Source of the DNA: Oikopleura dioica
Taxonomy: Eukaryota; Animalia; Chordata
Assembly: GCA_907165135.1 (NCBI GenBank)
Contig: OU015568.1
Location: forward strand, 9,548,001-9,612,000
Direction of reading: 5' to 3'
Length of the DNA: 64,000 nucleotides
Positions 29,202 through 42,112 of the stretch are shown here, piece by piece; within the stretch, counting starts at the first letter, position 1; each line of letters begins with the position of its first letter. A program made the position numbers and the translations under genes. The notes under the pieces are model-generated. The model ran no database searches. It was not told where the DNA came from and saw nothing but the letters and a program-made list of their open reading frames with translations.

Positions 29202-31060
29202 AGTCCATTAAAACTACAATAAATTTATTCATACAACAGTTGCTAGTCTTCATTGAACGCGGTGAAATAAGCTGTCATAATACTGAATTCGATTTTTAGG
29301 AAAGAGGAAATTTGAAATTGCCGCCTGTCAGAAAAAATGAACGGGCTCCATTCCGAGCCCTCAGCTCGTAACTTGAATTCTTTCTTACGGAAACCTCAAA
29401 TTAGCTTTGAGCAGCGGATTGATTGAGTATGAGAGGCCGGAGGCGTTCGGGTCATCTTTTTCTTATCTGAAACACTTAGAGTACTTATCGTGCTCCATTT
29501 GCGTGGTTTAGATGAACAGTATCTGCCTGCCTTAATATTCAAGACACGAGAGCACGTGAGCATAATAAATCTTGAATCGATGCGAAACAGGCGTTTTTGG
29601 AAGGAGGGAAGAAAAGTTGGCGTTTCAAGCGTACGAAATCGGAAAATCGTGAAGCGATTACCCATCAAATAAAATAAACGTTCCTAAAATCGGGGCTCAA
29701 CGCAGTAATTCAATTTTTACAACGCAAATTTACTTCCCCGGCTATTTTTTTTTCTCGCTAATTCTAACGAATTATTTGCTTCTACGGATAATCATCACTT
29801 GTTATTCATTGATAGAACGAAGGCAGAGATAATTTACAAATCGCATGCATCATCTAAGATTTAAAAGCTCCTGCTACTATGATATTCACGTGTTCGCAAC
29901 GTGGAGTAATCATGTTCACAAGTTGAGTTGATCATGTTGATTTTCAGTCCTTTTGAATGTTTTACTCGTCCTCAATTTTTGATACCGAGCGCTTGATAAT
30001 TTAGAAGTTCGTTTCAACTTGATTTTTCTGCTTGAACTCATGACTAGGGACTATCACGGGAGCGCGAGAGCCCAATTTTCGCTTTCCCAACTACCCGAAA
30101 TACTCATCCATTTTTCTTCTTTTTTTCAGGCAATTATGTTTTTTTACCTGCCGATTCCAAATATAATTGAAAAATTGACAAAAAAATTTTGAATATTATG
30201 AAAAACACAAAATTTATCTTTCAAAGAGTTGAATTATATAGAGCATGCCTTGCCAGGTCATCCTTCTTTAGATATGTTCTTTATCAGACGTTTCTCTTCA
30301 ATCTCTAAAAAAATCTTTTTACGTCGGCTTACGGGTCGCTTAAAATCATCAGATAAGTGAGTAAAAGTGACAGCGGGCTAGTGCTTCGCGCGCTGCGCGG
30401 GAAGCCTAAAAAGCATTAGCGCGCGCCATAATCTCAGTGGGTGCTTACTGTGACCCAGTACTTGGAATCAGATGCAAATAACACCGGGTGATTAACAGGA
30501 AAAGGTTCCCGGAAGTAGAAGGCTCATGTTTGCTAAGTTATTTTGAGAAGAAAATTAGCAGGTGGCCTGGAAAACTTGGGTGAAAAATCGCTCCACTTTA
30601 AATTTGTGTTCCATTTTTGTAAATTTGCAGCGCTCTCAAGCGCCACCAAGTGCAGTTATGTAAAAAGTAAATACATATTTGGAATCAGCGAAAAAAACTG
30701 TATCAGATGATAAATTTTCACAGTGATCGAAGCACCTTGATTTTTCCGTGAAAGTCCCTCCATGAGTCATGACTTTCTTTTATTCATTTGAATATTGAAA
30801 ATCGACGCTTCTTTAATTCTCGATAATTAATCGCAATTGGAGAAACACTTATTATTCAGAAGAGCTTTATGCTCTGATTTCACTGTAATTTCTTCTTATC
30901 TGCAAAACTATTGCTTTATCGACTGAAGAAAGAGTAAATATTCAACGAATAATTCCTCCACGCAGCGGATTTATGTTTTGAATCTTTTATTTTCAATTTT
31001 GTGAGGCTTGTAGAAATAGCAGTGCTGTAGAAATATTCATTTTTATTTACAGTCAGAAAA

Positions 31061-31580
31061 TTATTTTGACTCCTTGACTCGCACATTCAAGGCTCTCAAT
31101 CCCGTCTTGCCCAATTCACAGACGTCAAATGTCACTTCTAGTGCTTCTTCATGAGCTCTAACAGCCTCTGTCAAACCGATCGGGCATTTCTTAGGCTACA
31201 TAGAAGTTTTAAGACCTTCTCTTCTGTTGATAAAAGTACCTGAAAATAGTATTCTTTCTGCTCTCCGTCTTTGATAAATCCGTGCGGGGCCGATTTTCCA
31301 CCCGGATTGGCGTTCATGCTCAAAATCTTTCCTACGAGATTCTCATTTTGCATTTGCGCGACTCCGTCGAGTTTGATCAATGATCTAGTTTCATTCAGCT
31401 CAACTACAATATTAAGTCTTCCTTGATTTCAATGCCTGAAAAACCTTCTGCAAAATATGGAGTCATCCAGGTCAAATCTCGATTAAGAGCTTTGATGTCG
31501 GCAATTTTCAAGCTTCCATCAGGAGCGCGCTTCGCAAGCACAAAATCGGATTTACAGCGCCGCAAAATCTGGCGAAACAT
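31061..31580 (-). CDS. Cold-shock/OB-fold protein with a basic N-terminal leader (paralogue B)
   Basis: Spliced product is MFRQILRRCKSDFVLAKR...GKILSM...HGFIKDGEQKEYYFQ...VTFDVCELGKTGLRALNV. Two GT-AG introns. The ATG is preceded by aaatag|a. Confidence 0.65.
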
Positions 31581-31696
31581 TCTATTTTTTTAAAAATGAG
31601 GAAGGATTGAGGATATGAACAAGTTTGAGCTTTTGGCAGCTGTGAGGAAGAATGGATTCGTCAGAAATTTGGTTTGCTCTTTTTTGAAGAATAAGA

Positions 31697-32239
31697 TCAG
31701 GCATCGAGCTCGTCTTCGTCAACGTTGATATTGACAGCTTTCTGGGATTTTGTCTGACCCACACGAGCAACGACATCGTATGTGATCGCTTTTCCTTTGA
31801 CTTGATATGCAGCAACATCGCTGAAAAAAACTTAATTCTGATATTGAGAATCGAGCAAACCTGTCAGCAGCATTGAAAGCGATAGAATCCTCCATCATAT
31901 TTAGAGGCTGAATGTAGCCCCAATCTGGTTTTGACTTTTCTTGTCGCCAGTACTTGACCGTTCCTTTCTGATTCGTCTTTACAACCGTAGAAAATCCACC
32001 AAGGCGTGCTAGAGCTTTTTCTCCATTCATCAAAACTAAAACGAACTCAACACTGGTCGTAATCGAGAAGTGAAAATACCATCAGCAGTCAGGCCAGAGT
32101 TGTAAGCAAGTTGCTTGAGTTTTTCAGCATCGTCTTCTGAGAATTTCACTTCTACCAATTCATCACCGACTCTTCTTGCGAGAACGAACTCGGTCCCAGC
32201 AGCTCTTCGAACAACTCGAGAGACGATCCTCGTCAACAT
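31697..32239 (-). CDS. Cold-shock/OB-fold protein with a basic N-terminal leader (paralogue A)
   Basis: MLTRIVSRVVRRAAGTEFVLARR...KGTVKYW...WGYIQP...IAF...ITYDVV...SQKAVNI..ELDA*. Confidence 0.65.
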
Positions 32240-32273
32240 ATCTAAATAAGAAAAAAAGTTAATATCGTCATTT

Positions 32274-32752
32274 TTATTCAAATGGCTTTAATAACTTTTG
32301 CATCATTTTAAAGTATTTCAAATTATTTTCGTCTACGGTTTTCGCGTTTTGGCTGCGATATGTCAAGATTTGTTCGTAAATTAATTGCTTATGAAGGGGA
32401 TTCCTATCATCCTTGAACAAGTGTTGCTCTAGATTTCGAGCAATCGTGATTTGATAATCCCTGGCTTGTTTAAAACTTCCAATTTGAACAACATCAAAAG
32501 CCACTACAATCGTCGAAAGCTGCAAAATCGGCAGTTGCAATAGTTCCTCATCCATTTCATACTAGATATATCACTTTCAGAAGCTCAAACTCAAGTTCTT
32601 ACGTAAGGAAATTCTTTCTTCTTTCCATCTACCGTCGCTTGAATAGTCCCAGAACTCAGTCCATCAACGATATCTTTTAAATTCTCAGGAATGGTGATCT
32701 TTCCGGCGATATTTTTGTGAACAATTTTTCGAAATCCTTGAATACGCGCCAT
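32274..32752 (-). CDS. Two-exon unknown protein, first gene of a three-gene minus-strand run
   Basis: MARIQGFRK...EFPY|gtaaga...tag|YEMDEELLQLP...KPFE*. Its stop is 34 bp before the next ATG. Confidence 0.55.
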
Positions 32753-33079
32753 TTTCGTTCCTTGATTTGTTTCTACTACAATTTAGTAAAGTAAAATTTC
32801 ATCTTCCATTCTTACATTGAGTGAAAATTCCAAAGGACTCTCCATCAAGATTTTTAATATTCGCTGGTTTCAGTTGTCCCTGAGAATTTCTCTCCGCCAA
32901 AACGTACTGTACAGCGCTTCTTACAGGGTTCATCCGGTTCAATTTGCAACTAACTCGAAGCATTCTAAAAAAGGATGATGATTCTCTAGAACAGAGGTTG
33001 TTGTCGGTCGAAAATTGGGAAAAATCGTCAGTTTTAATTTTTCCGTCGAGAGGCAGGCCACAAAAAGTCCCATTTTTTA

Positions 33080-34669
33080 ATGGAAAGGCTAAGAAAGGTA
33101 TGTTTGAAAACTGTCTCTTTGATGTTAAAATTGGCTGTAGAAGCGTACTCCACGGAGTAAGACGCCAGTGTACGGCTTAAATGGCATCGTGCGCGAGGAA
33201 ACGAAGAAGCCACTCAAGACTCCTAAAGTAGTGAGACATGTGGAAGGATCGAAATGTCTCTCGAAGACGAACTTCACCGCTGCACGAAAGGTCAACATCT
33301 TCGTCAATGGCGACTGTCACAGCCCGGCGAAGCAGTTCATCATTCCCAAGAACGCGAAAAAGGCGAGCGAACCTGCGGGCATCAACGGATTTATGAGCTA
33401 CTTGACTGACTGTAAGTGAATTTATATAACTGTTACTAATTTGCATTTAGCATTGCGCGAAAAGTTCCAATTCCGAGAGAGCATTTACCACCTGCTTACA
33501 CCTTATGGAGGCACTCGAATAAACGCACTTTCAGAATTAAAGGATGGCGGCGAATACGTAGCCTGCCATCGAAATCGAGTAAGTTCTGCTAGAAATTCGC
33601 AGAAAAATAAGATTATTTCATAGCTTATCAAAATTGATTACGATTCCATCGGGCGGAAAGACTCAATAAAGGCACGCCAGCGTGGAATCCACACAACCTG
33701 GTCCAAGCTGCGCAAGGACTCGCAAATGTTCACCGAGCCGGCGAGACACTGGCAAAAGTTCTCCAAATATTACAACAAGCAAGCTTCCGTAAGTTTAACT
33801 AGAATCGCTTTCTGAAAAAAAAACAAATCTTTTTATTCTGATCTTTTGATAGAAAACTACCTATCAGATCTCGCATGAAATAATTTTGTTATCAATAGAA
33901 GGCTCAGAAGTCTTTTTTATCGAATTTTCTTCAGGACCTAAAGTCACATTATATTGATGATAAAAAAGTCAAAACGATCACAATTTTTTGCAACGGGAAT
34001 ACGGTCGATTCGACAAAAATTTTACTCAAAGGTAAGCCCTCCCTTAATTTTGATCTTACTGTAACTTTTCATTCAGGAAAGCTTGCAGAAGCTGGCGAGG
34101 AGTCATTCCGTTTAATCTTAAACTACATCTCGGAGAAGGTTGGCCAGAAGCTCGCAAGTACCAGGTCTTCGTGAGTACTTCCGTTCGATGATATTAAACA
34201 TAGTCTAATAGGAGCGCCATGGCTGCGCGACGACTCTACTCCCTTAAGGGCCGACGCATCAAGAACGCCGGAAACATCAAGAATAACGGATGCTACATTG
34301 TCTGCGGCGACCAAAAGCTCAAGCCCGGACAGTATGGCAAGGACATTGACCTCCAAGCCCCCTGGCAGGTAAAGAGCTTTTACTCATTTTAACCGGTACA
34401 CCCTCAGAAATTTTTTCGTTATCAAAATGACACTAAAATTAAGAATTCTTTAGCAAATTTAAGGACCAAGAAAGACTCTTATCAACTATTTTTAGCGAGC
34501 TATCAAACCGGTGCGAACAACCAGCGGCGCCATCAAGGAAATGAACGAGCAGGACTTTGACCGACCAGTGAAAAAACGCATGAGCGTCCATCTGCCCAAG
34601 ATCCAGCAGAAGAAGGTGCTCTACTCCGACAAGTACATGTCCCACCACCCATCGAAACAAAGCTATTAA
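33080..34669 (+). CDS. Tandem doublecortin (DCX) domain protein, DCDC2-like
   Basis: KVNIFVNGD...IYHLLTPYGGTRINALSELKDGGEYVA, and a second domain HIYVFCNGN...ARRLYSLKGRRIKNAGNIKNNGCYIVCG. Confidence 0.8.
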
Positions 34670-34774
34670 ATAACGGAAGGAACTTCTGCTTGAGGCTTGA
34701 GCGAACTGTATATAAAAATACTTGTGTGATTGATAAGTGACATCGTAAAGATAAATGTGAGTTTATTGCAGTTT

Positions 34775-34810
34775 GCTGAACGTTTTCGGTCGGTTGACCA
34801 TCATCAGAGC
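34775..34810 (-). ncRNA. Minimal type I hammerhead ribozyme (copy in the inverted pLTR)
   Basis: Exact reverse complement of 35136-35171. Confidence 0.75.
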
Positions 34811-35135
34811 TTGTTCCTTGATAAACTTGAAAATTCTTAAAGGAAAGCGTACCTTCTTTTGTAAGACTGCAGAACTGATTTAAAAACCAAAAATAACTTG
34901 TCCCAGACTAGTGTTCTAGAAAAATAAATGATAACTTTTTACGGTAATCGATCTTTTTATCAGAGGCTCCTTACCAGGTTCGAAATTAAAAAGATCGATT
35001 ACCGTAAAAAGTTATCATTTATTTTTCTAGAACACTAGTCTGGGACAAGTTATTTTTGGTTTTTAAATCAGTTCTGCAGTCTTACAAAAGAAGGTACGCT
35101 TTCCTTTAAGAATTTTCAAGTTTATCAAGGAACAA

Positions 35136-35171
35136 GCTCTGATGATGGTCAACCGACCGAAAACGTTCAGC
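35136..35171 (+). ncRNA. Minimal type I hammerhead ribozyme
   Basis: GCT-CTGATGA-T-GGTC(AACC)GACC-GAAA-ACGTT-C-AGC. This gives the conserved core, a 4-bp stem II, a palindromic AACGTT stem III, a UC cleavage site at 35168 and stem I GCT/AGC. Confidence 0.8.
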
Positions 35172-35202
35172 AAACTGCAATAAACTCACATTTATCTTTA
35201 CG

Positions 35203-37700
35203 ATGTCACTTATCAATCACGCAATTTATGGAACACGACGTCAACTTTTGAAAAACTTGGAAAACCATGCAAGTCGATTGCATCGGGCCAGGAAAGCACT
35301 AGAATTCGTTAACGACTGTGCGGAAAATGATTTAAAGCCTAATTTTACTAGAGTTCCAGCAACGGTGGTAAAATTTTGTAATTGGGGAAAAACTAGAATT
35401 AATAGGGAAAGACAAAAAATACTTTTAAGGGAATTGGATAAATGTTCTAAGAAGGTAGAGGAGAAGCGCATTATTTTTAATGAAAATCTTTCAAAATTTT
35501 TCGAAAATCAAGATATTACATGTGAGAAAGAGCGAATGAAAATTATTATTGAATTAGAAAATCGAGCTAGAGTAAATGATGAAGATAGAGATTTTAAACG
35601 GAAACTAAAACTAGAAAAATTAAAGAAATTTAACTCATCAAAAGGACCCCTTAAATTTAGCATTAAAAATTTTTCAAAGAAAAACATACCTCAAAACATC
35701 ATTTCGATTCTAGAAAGAGGTTGGCGTGCACCCTCAGGTGGACGGCCTCATGCATTAAATATTCTTAGTGAATTTGATTCTTTATTGCAACATTTAGAAA
35801 AAAATGATGATTTTAAAGCTCTAACACCATTATCTCGATTTCATTTAAAATCGAAAATATCTGTATTTCATGAAAAACTCTCTTGCTGTTTTGGCCAAGA
35901 TTGTTCAAATAAGGAAATTAAAAATTTTCTTAAAAACAATCCAGACATAGTTTTCGTACTTGGAGATAAGGATTCGGCCATTGTTATTCTGGACCGAGAA
36001 AAATATGAGGAATCACTTTTAAGAGAATTTTCTGACAAGAAAAAATTTATTCTTGTAGATAATGATCCGACGGAAGAGGATTCAGCGGAGATGAGGAGAA
36101 ATTTACGTAGTTTAGAAAATTACACAGACAAAAATTTTTACAATAGAAATAAACCAATAATGAATATAAAAGTAGCATATGGCTTGGCAAAAGTTCATAA
36201 ATCTTCTTTTGACGAAGAGAAAAACATGCGGCCTATCATCAGTGCTCGAAATTCGATCACAGAAAATTTTCATCGAAATTTTTTATCCAAATTATTAAAA
36301 AATGTAAATACTAGATTTTCTCTCCGAAGCTCTAAAGAATTTTCGAGTTGGATTCAATCACAAAAATTTGATTTTAAAGAAATTGATTATTGTTCATTTG
36401 ATGTCTCAAAACTATATCCCAACGTCTGTACAGATGATCTCATTGAATTTTTGATCAAATATATTTATATTGAAAATTCACCGACAAAAATTTTACCTAG
36501 ATATAGAGACTCAAATAATAAGCTTTTACGACCAATTCCTAAAACAATTTTGAAGCCAATTCTGAAATCAGTCTTACAAAGATTGACATCATTTAGATGT
36601 TTTGATCGAACATACAAACAAGTTAGTGGTCTAGCGATGGGAGATTCGAGTTCACCTATTCTGGCTGATTTCTTTCTTTATATTTTAGAGCGGGAAAAAA
36701 TCCAAAAATTAATTGATCAGAAAATAATTTTAGGATACAGGCGATTTCAAGACGATACAATTGTTTTTTTCAAACGTAATTCATTCGAACAAGTCAATCA
36801 TATTTTCCAAAATCTTCATCCTCAGATTAAAGTTACTGTCGAAAAATCATGCCCGGAAGGTATTAAATTTTTAGACTTTAATGTGTACGTTAACGACAAA
36901 AACATGATTGGAATACGAAATAATAGAAAACACACTATCCCAATGAATTTTGAAATTGATGTTGCTCCGACATCCATGAAAAAAGGGGTCTTGATTTCTG
37001 AACTGAAAAGATCAATTTTCAAACACTCGGATCCGAAAACTCTGGAGGAAGAGCGAAAAGAAATTGAGGAGAAATATCATGCCCAAGGTTACCCTTTAGA
37101 AATTATCCGTGAGGCAACTAGAGTGATTAAAGAAGGTAAAATTGAGAAGAAAGATTGGAAACTCGAAAAAGCGAGTTTCCTGAAAGAAATTTTACTATAT
37201 GCATTCCATTCACTTCTCAACGAGTCAGTAAAATAACAAGTGAATTGCGAAAAACAATTTCAACCTTTCTCCCTTCTTACAATCTGCACACGGCATTGAG
37301 GACAGTATCTATTCGTAATTCAATTGTTGCCAATCTGTTACCTAAGATTGATTATAAAATGGCTGTTAATACTGTTTACCGATTTGAATGTCACTGCGGC
37401 GCAGTTTACATCGGTGAGAGTGAATGCCTTAAATCTAGAATTATTGACCACCAACAAAGGTCCAAACAAACAGCAGTTTTCTCTCATACTGAGAACTGTG
37501 AAATTTTCCAAACTCGATTCAATGATGAATATGAGCAGAACAATTTTAAATCTAGATTCGACTATCTTAGTAAAATGTTTTCAGTCTTACACCGAAACTT
37601 AGCATACAAAAAGAGAGTACAAATGGAAGCATTAGAGATTCGTCTTCATAATCCTCCGTTGAATAAACAAATTCAACATCAACAAGTTTATATAATCTAA
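35203..37700 (+). CDS. Penelope RT-GIY-YIG polyprotein, split by a 1-nt frameshift at about 37166-70
   Basis: RT motifs YGLAKVHK, MRPIIS, SFDVSKLYPNV, GLAMGDSSSP, YRRFQDD and FLD. Endonuclease motifs VYRFECHCGAVYIGES...RIIDH...EALEI...LNKQ. Confidence 0.92.
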
Positions 37701-37952
37701 ATTAAATGCACAGTCCTTAAAGGACTGGTTGATTAAAAGATTAAAATATATTCAATTGTTTTACCGATCAGAGGCATTTTCGAACCTGGTAAGGAGCCTC
37801 TGATAAAAAGATCGATTACCGTAAAAAGTTATCATTTATTTTTCTAGAACACTAGTCTGGGACAAGTTATTTTTGGTTTTTAAATCAGTTCTGCAGTCTT
37901 ACAAAAGAAGGTACGCTTTCCTTTAAGAATTTTCAAGTTTATCAAGGAACAA

Positions 37953-37988
37953 GCTCTGATGATGGTCAACCGACCGAAAACGTTCAGC
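37953..37988 (+). ncRNA. Minimal type I hammerhead ribozyme (3' pLTR copy)
   Basis: Identical to 35136-35171. Confidence 0.8.
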
Positions 37989-38705
37989 AAACTGCAATAA
38001 ACTCACAAAAATACTTGTATATAATCGAAAGAATAAAGAATGAAAAAAATACAGAAAGATTGTTTGAATTTGTTGTTTATTCCAATTTATGCGGAATGAA
38101 TCAGTATTGTTTAGATATTAAATAATAGATAATTATAACTTATAAGCTGATAGAAGTTTGATACTGAACGAAGGTTAGAAGGATTTTGATAGGCGGAAAA
38201 TGTGGTGGTCGAAATTATTGGAGGTGGGCTTTGATTCATAAAGACTTTTCAATGAAAAGTTTTCATAAGACCAATAATGGCTTTTGATTGGTTTGACAAT
38301 CAATAAGCGCTTCTGATTGTCCAAAAAAGCCCATCTTCAATCATTTAGGCCCCTAAGGACATAATTTAAAAAATCTCTCAAAGATACAATTTTGAAAAAT
38401 ATACAAAAGTACGATTGAAATTGCAGTTTTTTTGCAGAAATAGAAATTTGCAGGTCAATTGATGATAAGGCAGCGAGGAGGAAAAAGGCACGTTTATATA
38501 AAAAAGGATTGATAAGATTCGGAAAATGACGCATTGAAGAAGCTTATGGCTTGATAGTTCGGTTAGAATTTAAAAAAACTAAATAGATGGATTGAGAAAG
38601 AATTTCACAGAATTAAACTAAAAATAGAGCCAAAACAGAGCTACTGGAACTGAATATGGTGAGAAACGGGGCGATTAAATGTTAGCAGAAATTAAAAAAA
38701 AAGTT

Positions 38706-41700
38706 TTAATCGAGAACTGCGACGTCATTGCCGCGTTTTTGGAATGATGCAGATTGGTCTATCGAAGCTTCGCGGGTTAGACTCGACGATTTCTTCTCGA
38801 CTGTGATTGGAATTCGGTTTTGAACGGCTACCTTTTGGACATTGAGCTTGTATCGCAAAACAGCTGTTAATTCCACAGGGTTTCCGGAGTCGAAAGCCAT
38901 TACCAAGTCGTTTCGGCCATCGCAATGAAGAACGACTAAAAAGATAGATAAAACATCAGTTATTCTGCAGAAGCTCTGTAGGGAAAGATATTTACCTGAT
39001 TTACTGGCTGGATCGGTGAAAACAGAAATCCCCGTGATTGTTTCTTTCACAGGCTTCTTGTCCATCACTTTATATTTCTTTGTCGAATCCATTTTCAACA
39101 CGAATTTGTCTGTTATCAGCAGGGCGCGAGGAGTTCCCTTTGCTTTTGAAGACAGTTTCAGGCCTGAAAAGATCAGTAAATTGAGAGAGACTTAAACAAA
39201 ATTACCTTCAGCGGCGAATTGCAGCCTTCCAAGTCCCTCTTTTTCTTTTGTTCTCAATGTACTAACGGCCATATTGAATTCTGGATTGTCGATGTAATCT
39301 GTCTTCCACTGTCCGTGTTGCCAGCCCTGGCGGCCCGTGGCAAGATATTCTTCCAGAATCGATGCTCTCATTTTCACCCCTTCATGTTCTTCCTTCGGCA
39401 ATCTGCTGATAACGAAATGAGCGCACCAGCGGCGATAAACCAATTTGAAGTAATCGACAGTGCTTACGATCGCTTTTGGAGGGGCCCCCCAACTGAAGAA
39501 ATTGGTAGAAAATGGAATGAAAAGGAGAGACCTACGCGATGGATTTTCCCTTGTCCGGCAATTGTCGAACATTTCTGAACTTTTTCTCCAGATCGGAAAT
39601 GTAGCGCCTCAGCTTGAATTTTCGGTAATATTCGATGATTGTCATGAGCGCTCGCATTTTCTTGTAGCGGATTTGCGCCAGAGTTCGTCGCCAATGCTTC
39701 TGCAGGAAAATAATGACGTCGACAATTTTGACCTCTCGGCGCGCTTCCAACAGATTTAGTGTCTTTGCTGAGCGAATAAACACTAGAAAAGCGGGTCAAA
39801 AAGATTCGGAAAAGATTCCCTTACGTTTCGAATTTCCATAGGCGACGTCTTCATCCTTTTTGATCTTCAACGAATTGCATAAGACTTCTACCGCTTTCTT
39901 ATCACTGCCCAGCCTGTGGTTCGGCCAGGTATCTTTACAGATAAGTTTATAACGCTACAAATCGTTGGTGATAAGAAAAAAAACTAACCATTACCTGTAG
40001 GAATCTATGGTAAGGTTGACGAACAGCGAAACCAGCTTTTCTGACTCTAATGTTTTCAACCAGACCGAGATATGCGACTTGATGCTTCACTCTATTGGTG
40101 TCGAATCGTTGGGCGGATTTGATTTCGTTTGGCTTGATGCATCGAATGTAGAAAGGCTGAAAAAGAATAATCATAAAGTTCCCCTATTCATTTTGAAGCT
40201 CACCTCTTTGGATGAAAGATTCTTGATCAACTCCTGCATGGATTGTTTAAAAAGCGTTCCGGCAGCAGGCGGCCTTTTGGTGACGATACTTTTCGCCTGT
40301 GCGCCGTCTTTCCACATTGAAGAAATAGCAGGTTGCTTGGAGCTGAAGAGCAGTCGCTTGAAATCCTGAAACACTAAATCTTTCGACTTGTCGATGAAGC
40401 CATTGATTGAATAAGTCACGTCTCCGGCATAGTGACGGATTCGGAACTGGTGGCCGTGCTCCAGCGTTTTGTCTTGGGGATCGTTTCGTCGAGAAGTGTA
40501 GAATTTATTCGACTTGAATTGAGAATCGAGAGTTTCCAAGAGACCATCATCAGTGGCTTTTCCCAGTCCACCGCCAGCAGCATCTTCCAAAAGAGCGAGC
40601 ATTCCTCTGCGACCCTCGACCAACTGGCAAATTGGCTCGTTGTTGTGGTATTGAACATCAACCCAGCTGATGTTTTCCTAAAAGAATCAACAAATGCATC
40701 AAGGAAAAAGCCCTACTCTGATGTATTCTTCTTGTTGTTGCTTGAGAACAAGTTGGATAAACAACTGCTGGAGCATTTCGTTAGCATAGTTGATACAAAG
40801 CTGCTCGAAGGAATTGATGCCCAGAACTTCGAAACCGTAAATATCCAACACGCCGATAACGCATTGCGTATGTCGTTTGTCAACCTAGAAAAATAAAGAG
40901 TAAATAAAAAGATCTCAGAACTCTAAACTAGTCAATCGTTTATTCAGTTCACTACCTGGATTTTCGAGTTGATTTTTCCAACAATAAAACTAAACAATCG
41001 TTCATAAATTGCCTTGGCAAAACCATCTCTTCCATGCTCAGCTTTCTCAGCACTGTGTTTTGCGCTGATAATATCTCCTCCAGCAGAAACAGTTCTGGAA
41101 GTGAGCGCATCTTTCAGAGCTTGAACATCAACGTCCAGCAGTTTGGCGACTCGGGCTAGATCGCCTTCGTTGGAAACCGCAGCGCTGTCCCCATCGTCGT
41201 GAAAATTCACGTTTCCCATGTGAAGAATCGCAGACATCAATCGCCAAACACTCTTGATCTCGTGCTCCTGGAAGCCGACGTTTTTCATCGCCATTTCCAC
41301 ATCTTTAAACAATTTGCGATCATCAGTGCCAGGGCCGCTGCCGACCTTCATTGCCTGAGAATCGTCCCCTTTTGTGTAGCGATAACCAGCGATGCTCCTG
41401 TTGAGCGATAACGACGTCAACAGCTGGTCGTTTGCCCCGGCAAGAAGTTGATAAAATGAGTGAAAGTTTCGTTCTCCAGCGGATCGTTGAACAACTCGCG
41501 ATTTTTCGAGAAGATATGAGTGGATGTTCCCGCCGTTTGGCGTCCCCTTGAAGTCGAAAGAAATATCCATGTATTTGCCAAATCGAGAAGAGTTGTCATT
41601 TCGCCCGGTTCGCGCATTTCCAAAGCTCTCGAGAATCACGTTTGTTCGGAGAAGAATGTCACGGACGCGCTCAATTTCTGCTTTATCGTTTTGGGAAGAA

Positions 41701-42112
41701 ACTGCAGCCAGGTATTTCATCACGATTTTGGAAGCTTCGGTTTTCCCAGAGCCCGATTCGCCGGTAATGATTACGCAGGCATTCTTTCCTTGTCGCTAGA
41801 ATTGTATTGTTGAGAGAAAACAAGGGAAAAGTCCAGTATTACCTTAATAGTTTGATGAACAGATTCAGCGAGCGCGAAAATGTGCGGCTGCTTTTCCCAC
41901 ATTTCTCTGCCTCTGTAATCGTTGATAACATCGTTTCCGTAAATATTCAGCTGGCGGTAGGGATTGATCGAAACAACGACTTCGCCAATGTAAGTGTAAG
42001 GACTGGCAGTTTGGAATCGCTTGTCGAGAATGTCAACGACCGAGTCGGAGTCGATATTGTCCAGAAGAGTCAAATCATTTGACAGGCCTGACGGGCTCAC
42101 CAGACCTGCCAT
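38706..42112 (-). CDS. MYO1D: Class I myosin, ID/IG-like
   Basis: [55 protein letters not shown], an IQ motif and a basic TH1-type tail. Confidence 0.9.

Larger units (their letters stand above)
34726..38006 (+). mobile_element. Penelope-like retroelement (RT + GIY-YIG) with an inverted 5' pLTR and a 12-bp TSD
   Basis: TSD AAAAATACTTGT at 34714-25 and 38007-18. pLTR copies at 34726-34985 (inverted), 34987-35220 and about 37779-38006. Confidence 0.93.

Noticed and set aside
37155-37236. Programmed -1 frameshift between the PLE RT and GIY-YIG
   Set aside because: No X XXY YYZ heptamer in the RT frame. PLEs normally have one ORF, and the same homopolymer loss appears in host genes.
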